Assembly (NCBI RefSeq): GCF_006345805.1
Contig: NC_042999.1
Coordinates: 161,882,001-161,946,000 of the forward strand
From: Octopus sinensis
Taxonomy: Eukaryota
Direction of reading: 5' to 3'
Length of the DNA: 64,000 nt
Shown: positions 10,970 through 21,744 of the stretch, one piece after another
How the letters are laid out: each line of letters opens with the position of its first letter
How positions within the stretch are numbered: the first letter of the stretch is position 1
Program-made: the position numbers and the translations under genes
Notes under the pieces: model-generated
Told to the model about the DNA's origin: nothing
The model's input: the letters and a program-made list of their open reading frames with translations, nothing else
Database searches by the model: none

Positions 10970-11662
10970 ATAACTGACAAAGTGACTGGATGCCTTTCAT
11001 CAAAGATTGCTTGATGAGGTCCAACATGAGGCTAATCAACACCAACACACATCAATCTGTACAACACTATAGTTATGACCCTACAGTGACCCTATGCTTT
11101 GTGGTATATTCTATCAACCAAGTGAACAAAGCTATAGAGAGCTAAGTGTCTGGTCCACAGATATAATACAGCACTGAGTACAGGAATCAAATGCTGGACC
11201 TTCTTCTCGTTCTTTTTATTCATTTACTGGCTTCAATCAAGGTATTGTGCCCAAACTGGAGCAGCACCTTCAAGGATTGATTATATTGACCCCAGTATTT
11301 ATTTCAGTCTGGTACTTATCGATTTCTATTTTCAAGTCACCTAGTCATAAAGAGACACAACGTAAACAACGAAACGTGTTTTAGACTGATGTAAACATAA
11401 CCAAAGAAACACACACCAAGCTCCTGCTCAGTTTATGCCAACCAAATTTCATTCACAAAGTATTGATTAATATGAAATTATGAAATAAGACATTTGCACA
11501 AAGATTGAAACTGGAACTACAGGGCTATGAAGCCAACATCTAAAACTGACAGCCATGTCCATAACTGAGGATCAGACAAAATAAAAAAATTATTTTCGAA
11601 GCCGGAGAACTCCCTAAAACGTCAGAAGTTAATTTTTTTTTTGCCAGAAGTTAATTCTTTTT

Positions 11663-12030
11663 TGGTGCTTTTTACGTGCCACTGGCATGAGAGCCAATCA
11701 GGGGGCACCAGCCCCAGCTATGATATAGGTTTTACTTGACTTGACAGGTCTTCTCAAGGATATCATATCACTCGATGCATTAGGGTTATTCTTAGCAGGG
11801 CTGGACATGTGTGGCTGCAATTTCACAGCATATCTCCAAAGGTCCTGGTCTCCTGTCATTGCCTCTGTGAGACCCAATGTTCGAAGGTCATGCTTCACCA
11901 CCTCATCCCATGTCTTCCTGGGTCAACCTCTCCCCCAGGTTCCTTCTACAGATAGAGAGTAGCACTTCCTCACACAGTTGTCTTTATTCATACATAACAC
12001 ATGGCCATACCATTGCTAGTTTCTTCACAC
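11663..12030 (-). mobile_element. RTE fragment (ORF end plus first UTR unit only)
   Basis: VKHDLRTLGLTEAMTGDQDLWRYAV, near-identical to the 14300-14600 segment. It stops right after the first GCACC. Confidence 0.88.
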
Positions 12031-12240
12031 TCTCTTTGTTTCTCTGTAGTTGTTCAAAGCCATCTGCAATTCTCTTCATCCTTATAAACAATGTTTTTCA
12101 AATCATTTTTTTATCAACAAAGTCAATCCTAAATTATGTCTCCTAACAGTTAGTAATTAATTTTATTCTAAAAAAAAACAGTTTTTTCCACAATCTTACC
12201 AATGACTATTTATAGTTTATTGTCGTAAATCTCATACATA

Positions 12241-12289
<49 letters not shown>

Positions 12290-12469
12290 GAGTCCCACTC
12301 CAAACGAATGAATTAGTCAAATATGTCGACGAATCTGAAATATCAAAATGTCATGCAACATGGATTCTCTCCTATCATGGGGTTGGACACTTGGTGAATG
12401 TTACTGGTGCAATTTGAGGCCTATATAAACTATGTGATACCAGTACTTACACATACACACACATTCAAA

Positions 12470-12472
12470 TAC

Positions 12473-12546
<74 letters not shown>

Positions 12547-12851
12547 CATATATATCAGAGATACCATATTACATAGCATTACTATATATATATATGTACA
12601 TATATATATATATGTATATATATATGTACATATGTATATGCATATACATATATGTACATATGTATATGCATATACATATATGTACATATGTATATGCATA
12701 TACATATATGTACATATGTATATGCATATACATATATGTACATATATATATATGTATATATATATATGTAATATATATATGTATATATATATATACATAT
12801 ATATATATATGTATATATATATATGTATATATATAAATGTATATATATCTG

Positions 12852-12887
<36 letters not shown>

Positions 12888-12978
12888 CAAATATATCTGT
12901 ATATATATATGTATATATGTATATATATATATATAATATATATATAATATATATATATATATAATATATATATATATA

Positions 12979-13015
<37 letters not shown>

Positions 13016-13379
13016 TAGAAAGAGATCATCAACGATCAAACTACAAGGGAAATTCTCTAGAGGAAGAATTCAGCGAACACCAGAACCAAAGTTGGCGGGC
13101 AGGACATATGAAAATTTAAATAAAAAACAGACTTAAATGCATACCTCGGTTTCGGTCTTTAACAAAAGAATTACTTACATAATTCAAATGTCCGTGACTT
13201 TTCCCTTGTAGTTTGATCGTTGATGATCTCTTTCTAGCATTCGGCCGGCTACCTAGCAGGCCAGCCCTGCCTATATAAACATATATTAGAATTTTCTCTG
13301 ACTTCTCAGATTTTTTGAATGCTGGACTACTGGTTTTAAATTGATATTAATATTAATTTATCTCCCTCATTACTTAAAT

Positions 13380-13458
<79 letters not shown>

Positions 13459-13461
13459 ATG

Positions 13462-13510
<49 letters not shown>

Positions 13511-13537
13511 GTATATATATGTGTGTGTATGTATGTG

Positions 13538-13572
<35 letters not shown>

Positions 13573-13611
13573 ATGTATGTGTGTATATATATATATATAT
13601 ATGTATGTACG

Positions 13612-13649
<38 letters not shown>

Positions 13650-13691
13650 ATGTATATATATATGTATGTATGTATATATATATATAATATA

Positions 13692-13743
<52 letters not shown>

Positions 13744-13775
13744 ATGCTATGTAATATGGTATCCCTGATATCATG
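12470..13775. repeat. Compound (TA)n tracts enclosing a 360-bp non-TA core with nested inverted repeats
   Basis: TA-rich at 12470-13012 (with repeated GTACATATGTATATGCATATACATAT units) and at 13378-13740. Inverted repeats are detailed in the findings. Confidence 0.9.
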
Positions 13776-13994
13776 TGATTGACTCTTGTTGAATGTTACC
13801 AGAGTGTGAGATAATGTCCATATACACTGTTCTGTGGGTGTACCCCCTATCACCACACACAGAGAAAATACATCCTGTATTTGAGAGCAACAGGATGTTA
13901 CTGAGGCATAATCAGCAGTAAGTGTATACAGACACAAATTTCATATGATAATCAGGTTACTGAATATATTTAGTATGTGTGTGTGTGTGGCTAT

Positions 13995-16245
13995 ATCATC
14001 ATCATCAATTAACGTCCATTTTCCATGCTGGCATGGGTTGGATAGTTTGACTGAGGTCTGGAGAGCCAGCCGCTGGGAAATTTTCTACAGGTTGATGCCC
14101 TTCCTAGTGCCAACCAGTCTGAGAGTGTAGTGGGTGCTTTTTACGTGGCCCCAGCACAGGAGCCAGTCTGGCGGGCCTGGCAACGATCATGTTGATATAG
14201 TGCTTTTTATGTGCCACCAGCACAGGAGCCAGTCAAGGGATACTGGCATCGGCCACATTTGGTTTGTGCTTTTTACATGCCACTGGCATGAGAGCCAATC
14301 AGGGGCCACCAGCCCCAGCTATGATATGGGTTTTACTTGACTTGACAAGTCTTCTCAAGGATATCATATCACCCAATGCATTAGGGTTATTCTTAGCAGG
14401 GCTGGACATGCGTGGCTGCAATTTCACAGCATATCTCCAAAGGTCCTGGTCTCCTGTCATTGCCTCTGTGAGGCCCAATGTTTGAAGCTCATGCTTCACC
14501 ACCTCATCCCAATTCTTCCTGGGTCTACCTCTCCCACAGGTTCCTTCTACAGATAGAGAGTAGCACTTCCTCACACAGTTGTCTTCATTCATACATAACA
14601 CATGGCCATACCAATGCAGTCGCCTCTCTTGCACACCGCATTTTATGCTTCTTATGCCCAACTTTTCTCTCAGGGCACTTACACTCTGTCGTGTATGCAC
14701 ACTGACATTACACTTCCAGCAGATCACACTAGCTTCATTTCTTTCAAGCCTACGCATGTCCTCAACATTCATAGCCCATGTTTCACTGCCGTGTTGCATA
14801 GCACCTCGCACACATGCATCATACAGTCTACCTTTCACCCTGAGCAAGAGGCCTTTAGTTGCCAACAGAAGTAGGAGCTCTCTGAACTTTGCCCAGGCTA
14901 TTCCTTACCCTAGTTGCTATTCTCTCAGAGCAACCACTCCCACTACAGTCTTGGTCGCCTAGGTAGCAGAAGCTATTAACTACTTCTAATTTCTCCTCCT
15001 GGCATGTGATGGAATCTTCAGTGTTTATTGCCCCAGTGCATCTTCCACACACAAAAGCTATTTTCCCGGTTAACCTTCCTTAATATTGCTGCACCTTTTA
15101 TGTGCCCGGGTACATCGTATGGAGTTTCTAGCCATGCCTTTTCTACAGATTGAGTAGAAGGAAGTTGTGATTTGACAGCCTTCTTACTAAGACTGGTTTT
15201 GGCTAGGTTAACCCTAAGGCCCTTTGATTCTAGACCTTACTTCCACACCCTAAACTTTGTCTCCAATTCTGGCAGTGACTTGGGTATTAGAGCAAGGTCA
15301 TCAGTATTGAGGGGCTCCCAAGGGCAGCCTGTCTTGTATTCCTCCGTTATTGCCTGGAGGACTATAATAAATAAGAGGGGGTTGAAGACTGATCCTTAGT
15401 GAATCCCTACTTCTTGGAATTCTTCACTATACTTGTTGCCAAACCTCACTTAACTGACAGCATCCCTAGCTCTTACCAGCCACTCGTCTATCCCCAGTTT
15501 CTGCATTGACTACCAAATAAGGGATCAAGGGACCCTGTCAAAGGCTTTCTCCAAGTCAGCTAAAGCCAAGTACAAAGGTTTGTCTTTGACTAGGTATTTC
15601 TCCTGCAGTTGCCTTACCAGAGATATAGCATCAGTGGTGCTTCTGCCTGGCACAAAACCAAACTGCATCTCATCAAGGCTAACTCTCTCCCTAATTAGTT
15701 GAGCTATGACCCTCTTTGTAACTCTCATCGCCTGATCCAATAATTTGATACCCCTGTAGTTATTTCTATCTAAAGCATCACCTTTACCTTTGTAGCAGCT
15801 GACTATGGTGCTGATGCACCAGTCATTGGGTATGACTCTTTCATGAACTACCTGATATACAATGCAGGTGACAAGATTATAACCCACACCGCCTAATATT
15901 TTAAGCATCTCTGCAGTGATTCTTGATGGGCCAGGTGCTTTCCATGTCTTCATATTCTTAACAGCTTTATCTACCTGTGTACTGTCGATTCAGATAGCTG
16001 GTCTCTTAATTGGGCCAATCTTTGGCAGACTCTCCTCTTCCCATTCATTCTCCAAATTCAGCAGTCTTTCATAATGGCTTCTCCAAGCCTTTTTCTTTGC
16101 AGAATCATTAAATGCAAGGGCACCATCATCCATGCTGACACATTTCTCTCCTATGACATCACGGTTTTCTCTCATACACTGTCCTGCAATCCAAAATACT
16201 TCAGTTCTCTAGTCCTCACATTGCTGAACATTGGCAAACTTCGTC
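13995..16245 (-). mobile_element. 5'-truncated RTE LINE (about 2.2 kb, many stops and frameshifts)
   Basis: KAPGPSRITAEMLK, NYRGIKLLDQ, LADLEKAFDRVP, HWYGHV, a 3' UTR with structured units, and an ATC tail. Confidence 0.93.
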
Positions 16246-16600
16246 GTTGTCGTCGTCATCATCATCAGATTTCTCAAGCCAACAGTTTTAAGAAATTTAG
16301 GTATTTTACACTCTATAAGCTTGTATAACTGCTTAGTTAAGATAGTTAACAGCTCTAACTTGCAATGTCTTAATGTTACATTTAAAACAAGCAAAAAAAA
16401 AGGCCTAACTACAGTTAAATGACCAAGAAAAGTAGCAGTATGGTGTATGATAGACCAGTGTGATCCTAGCAAGCAAAGAACATCAGATGCTAAGAGAAGG
16501 ATGATAATGATGACAACAACAAGATGATGGTGGTGGAGAAAGTGACAGTTCAAGAATATGACTTTAGAACACCCAATGACAGTCTCCAACAAAGATTTAA

Positions 16601-16820
16601 CCCTTTCGTTACCAACCCGGCTGAAACCGGCTCTGGCTCTTTGGTACAAATGTCTGGTTTTCAAAAGTTCTGAATTAAAATCTTACACCAAACCTGAGTC
16701 ATAATTTACGTCCCTAACTCTAGCTTAATGATAACGATGTTATTTTACTTAATTCTTTGTTATATTTAAAATAATTGGAAGAAACACTGAGATCTCAAAA
16801 TAAATTCAGTAACGAAAGGG
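16601..16820. mobile_element. piggyBac-type MITE
   Basis: TTAA|CCCTTTCGTTAC ... GTAACGAAAGGG|TTAA: a perfect 12-bp TIR with TTAA target duplication. Confidence 0.88.
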
Positions 16821-17147
16821 TTAATAATGATTACTGTTGTTGCTATTTAATCCTCAAAGCAGCCTTGACTGAACAGATCAATTATCAAAAGCATTCCAGC
16901 TGTGATTAATTCTCCCTTTTTTTTTTTTATTAGAGACCAGATTGGTCACTAACTCTTTCCATTTTTTAAAAACAGTAGGGTTAATTTGAGAGAGATTTAG
17001 CTGCTATTGCTTGTAGATCAAACATCTTTGTACAGGCATCTTTATTAACTCATTTAATAATAGTTTTTAAGATAAGCAAAAAGCATTAAATATTTTTGTG
17101 GAGATGTAATAGTCACACCAACCCCAATACTTGACTGATTGGTACTT

Positions 17148-17452
17148 GCACCATCATAATGTGGCCGATGCCAGCGCCGCCTTGGCTGGCTTCTGTGCCG
17201 GTGGCACATAAAAAGCACCATCCGAACATGGCTGATGCCAGACCCCCCTGGCACCTGTGCAGGTGGCACGTAAAAAGCACCCACTACACTCGCGGAGTGG
17301 TTGGCGTTAGGAAGGGCATACAGCTATAGAAACACTACCAGATCAGACTGGAGCCTGGTGCAGCCCCTGGCTTCCCAGACCCCGGTCGAACCGTCCAACC
17401 CGTGCTAGTGTGGAAAACGGACGTTAAACGACGATGATGATGATGATGATGA
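17148..17452 (+). mobile_element. RTE 3'-UTR-only copy
   Basis: Two GTGCCGGTGGCAC..AAAAAGCACC units, the GGAAGGGCAT motif and an ACGTTAAACG(GAT)n tail. Confidence 0.9.
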
Positions 17453-17559
17453 CAGTGAAATACTGAAGGCTAATCTCAAGACACTGAACCTACCTTCCGG
17501 CCTCTACTCATAATTACTATTGTGCATTTTACAAGGAAGGACTGACTATGAAAGAGTGA

Positions 17560-18620
17560 TGCTAGAGCAGTGAAATCTTGCTTAAATTAATTTCAACCCT
17601 TCTTATTAATAACTGCATTGTTTCTTTCCAGGTAAACTGACATCTCACTGATCAAAGAAGACTTCAAAAGTAACTAGTAGTGATTTCTCTTGAAAGTGGA
17701 CAAAATTTGGCATCGTGGTGTTATCAAGTACCTGCAAGAAAAGGGTTTAGCCCCACCAAAGGCATTCATACTGACATGATTACTACATTAGGGAATAACA
17801 CTCCAGCTTTATCAACAGTGCAAAAGTGGGAAGCTGGATTTAGGAGGGGAAGAGAAAGTCTTGAAGACGACCCAAGGTCTGGACGTCCTGCAACTGCCAC
17901 CACTGAAGAAAATATTGATCATGTTCACCACATGGTAATGGATGACAAGTGATTGACTATAAATCAAATAGCCAATGCTATTAACATATCCTGTGAGAGA
18001 ATTGAGAATATTCTGCACAAGGGACTTGACATGAAGGTTTCTACTCGGTGGGTGCAACATCTTCTGACACCTAATCAAATGTGCACCAGGTTGATCACAT
18101 CACAGGAAAATCTGATACTGTCTGAAGCAGATCCAGCTAGCTTCCTTGAATGTAACCCAGGATGAGTGTTGGTTTCATCACTTTGAGCAGAGACAATCCA
18201 TGCAGTGAAAATACCCCTCTTCACACTGCTCCAAAGGAGGCCAATGTCATTTCATCTGCAGGGAAGGTGGTGGCCTCAGTTTTTTCTTTATGAAAAAGGC
18301 TTTGTGTTTATTGACTTTCTTCAAAAGAGATGCCAACTTGCTGAGGCAATTACAAAAGGCTATCAAGACCAAATAACAAGGAAAACTGCTGAGAGGAACC
18401 TTGTTTCATCAGAACAATGTTCCAGCACACAAATCCTTGCTTTCAATGGCTGTTGTGTGTGACTGTGGCTTTGAACTGGTTGATTACCCTCTTTCTTCTC
18501 TTGATTTGGCTCCATCTGACTATCATTTGTTCTTCAACATGAAAAAACATTTGGCTGGGAACCAATATTGTAGAGTGATGATGTCATATCTGCTGTCAAT
18601 GACATCAATGAGAAAAGTGT
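17560..18620 (+). mobile_element. Decayed mariner transposase
   Basis: EDDPRSGRP, WVQHLL (WVPHxL motif), FHQNNVPAH, and SLDLAPSDY (YSPDLAPSDY motif), with multiple frameshifts. Confidence 0.9.
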
Positions 18621-18689
18621 GTGGGCTGCAAGGGAGTCACATTTAGTCACATTCCACAACAGTATCTTGGTTAGCCATTGAATGTTTCA

Positions 18690-19500
18690 GCCAACCCTCA
18701 TATTTACTCCAAACTACATTCCAATTTCTTTGCCAAATACTTTTACTGTTTGGACCAGATAGTCTAGATCTGCTTCATTTTTTTGTATACAACTTGAAGT
18801 CATCCATATAAAGTAGGTGACTTATTCTCATTTTGGATTTGGTAAACTCATAGGCAGGCCTGGATTTTTTTAGTATAGTCATATATATATAAAATAGTAC
18901 AATGATGAATATTAACAGGGAGAGTGAGTCCCCTTGAAAAATGCCCCTGCATATTTCATGTTACCTAGCAATTCATTTGCACATGTCAGTTTCACTTCCC
19001 ACACTCTCATTGCTTTCTCCAAAAAGTTGTTTATCTTATCATTGTCATAAGCCTTTCTGGAATCTGTCCATCCAACAGCTAAATTCTTCTTCCTTACTCT
19101 CACACCTCATTTAACATCCTACTATCTATATAGAGCAGATTGGCAGTTTCCCCTTCATTTCTTCTTACATCCTTTTTGTTCCTCTGGAAATAGATTCTCC
19201 TTCTCCAGAAAATTATATACTTCATCTGCTATGAGGCCAGTTGATAGTTTCCAGAGTGATGGTAAGCAAGTAACAGGTCTGTAATTGCTGACTTCCTCTC
19301 TCTTTTCTTTGCCCTACTGTATCAGCACTCTGCTTCTTTTTGTCATCCATCTTGGAGTTCCATTTTTTAAGCAGTCAATAAAAAAAATGGTTGTATATAA
19401 CTGTATATTTGGGAGATTCTTGAGCCAGAAACCCTGGACATCATCTGGTCCAGGGGCTTTCAAGACTGGTATTTTCTTAATCATCTCTTTCCCTTCCTTA
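18690..19500 (-). mobile_element. R4/Dong-like LINE RT fragment
   Basis: KAPGPDDVQGFWLK, an IFQGDSLSP-like block, and SHLLYMDDFKLY (RT active site). Confidence 0.82.
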
Positions 19501-19504
19501 TCCA

Positions 19505-20030
19505 TAATTGTTAATTTTGGCACAAGGCTTGAAATTTGGGGGAGGTTAGTCAATTACATCACCCCCTCGCTGGTACTTTATTTCACCAACCCTGCAAAGA
19601 TGAAAGGCAAAGTCGAGCTCAGAATGTAATGAGCCAGAACAAATATTACAAGGTATTTTTTCCCCACATTCTAACCATTTTGCCAGCTAGCAACCTAAAT
19701 AATAACTGTTTCTAATTCAAGCATAAGGCTTGAAAGTTTGAGGGAGGAGATTAGACAAGTTTATCAACCCCAGTACTTGACTGATAATTTATTTTATTGA
19801 CTCTAGAGGCATGAAAGGCAAAACTGACTTTGGTAGGATTTGAATACAGAATGTAAAGTACCAAAATAAAATTTTATGTTTTGAGTTCAAATCCAGTGTC
19901 TTTCATTCTTCCAGGGTGAATAAAATAAAGTACCAGTCAAAAGCTATGATCAATGGTATCTATTAACCCTCCACATCAAATTTTTCTCAGACTTTGTAAC
20001 TAATGTTAGAAACAATAACAACTGTATTAG
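19505..20030. mobile_element. Cluster of three old SINE C-related fragments
   Basis: Repeated GATGAAAGGCAAA / TAAAGTACCAG blocks in both orientations. Confidence 0.55.
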
Positions 20031-20805
20031 CACCATCAAAAATGACACAGACATGTATAAGATATAGAGAACCTTTGAAAAAGCTATTGACAAATCATCT
20101 TTGGTTGCCCAATATTGGTGAAAGATGTTCTTTCACTCAATAATAATAACAATCCCCTTATTGATAACGGCAGCAAAACTAGTTAGCTGAACACTGCCAG
20201 TCCATTTTCTATGGCTATAGAAAGTACTGTAAACAATAAAGACAAATGCTACATCACCATGACTACACAGCACAGTCACAAGGACAAAAAAAAAAACCCC
20301 CACCAGCAACAACAATCAGAGAAAGAAGAACAATGACAACGAAGCCACTGTGGCTACAGGAAAAGGCAGAAGAACAATGGAAATAATAAGAAAGAGAATA
20401 ACAATGCTAAAAGGAGCAATACAGTTTACAAGAGGGAGAACACCACCATCACTGACAGTAACAAGACAAGCAAATGATATTAATACAAATAATAATATGC
20501 CCTGGGTATGGCATGAAACCGCATCCTGTTGTAACATCTCAACAGAGGAAGAATAAGGTTACCCTTAACTACAACTATCTTCAGGTCAGCGTTGGGCATG
20601 GTGTAGTGTCTGTAAGCCCACCCCAAGACCTTGAAATACCAGGTTGGTTCCTGGTGGGGTTAAGTCTGTCTCATGGGGCAAGGGTGCCCCTTTAGCCTTA
20701 GCTGGCAACCTCTCTTGAGATGATGTCTCAATAAAAACACCAGTGGTGGTATCACCTCATTACCAGAATCTTTATGAGTGAAAATGTCAAATATAAATGT
20801 ATTAA

Positions 20806-20974
20806 GCAGGAGTGGCTGTGTGGTTAAGTAGCTTGCTAACCAACCACATGGTTCTGGGTTCAGTCCCACTGCGTGGCATCTTGGGCAAGTGTCTTCTGCT
20901 ATAGCTCCGGGCCGACCAATGCCTTGTGAGTGGATTTGGTAGACGGAAACTGAAAGAAGCCCGTCGTATATATG

Positions 20975-21005
<31 letters not shown>

Positions 21006-21237
21006 GTATGTGTGTGTATGTGTTTGTTTGTCTGTGTTTGTCCCCCTAGCATTGTTTGACAACTGATGCTGGTGTGTTTACGTCCCCATCACTTAGCGGT
21101 TCGGCAAAAGAGACCAATAGAATAAGTACTGGGCTTACAAAGAATAAGTCCTGGGGTCGATTTGCTCGACTAAAGGCGGTGCTCCAGCATGGCCACAGTC
21201 AAAGGACTGAAACAAGTAAAAGAGTAAAAGAGAGTAA
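20806..21237 (+). mobile_element. tRNA-derived SINE family A (CORE-like, central TA/TG microsatellite)
   Basis: A box TGGCTGTGTGG, B-box-like GGTTCAGTCCC, CTTGGGCAAGT motif, and a GTAAAAGA-repeat tail. Confidence 0.93.
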
Positions 21238-21354
21238 ACAACGGCATGAATGAGGTTGGAACTGATAAAAAGTGTATACAAAGGTTGGTCAGCAACCCAC
21301 CTTGTGATGGTGTGATGATAAGAATACTGATGACTGTACAAATATTACCTTTAA

Positions 21355-21573
21355 CCCTTTAGTGTTCAGATTATCCTATCAAACATAATGCCTATTGATT
21401 CCCATTGATTTGGATTAATCATGCATTATCTCATATCTTCAAGATCTTGATGGTGTAGTTACTTAATGTAGAATAACATTGTAGGGTGGGTGTGAGAGCC
21501 TGGATCTGGTCAGTTTGAACATAAAACAGATTAGTTATTTTGGCCGGATATGGCCGGTTTAAAAACTAAAGGG
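21355..21573. mobile_element. piggyBac-type MITE, second family
   Basis: TTAA|CCCTTTAG ... CTAAAGGG|TTAA, homologous to 48871-49084. Confidence 0.82.
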
Positions 21574-21744
21574 TTAAATGAGTGATGTCAAAATCAAATA
21601 GTAAAGACAACTGCACTAACAGATCCAGAACTGTCAACAGCGAAGGTGTCATGCACAGCAGGCAAAGAGTGTCTGACCAAATTCCAGCAGGTCGTTATCA
21701 GGCCATTGATGAGGACCAGAATCACAGCCAAAAGTTCAAAAGGC

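Noticed and set aside
12020-12090. Coiled-coil-like mini-exon MKRIADGFEQLQRNKESVKKLAM
   Set aside because: The donor GTATGG is the WYGH codons of the adjacent RTE fragment, and the phase is incompatible with exon 9183.
20806-20880. tRNA genes suggested by A and B boxes in SINE heads (also 10586, 22524 and others)
   Set aside because: There is no complete cloverleaf, and each head continues into a multi-copy SINE body with a tail or TSD.
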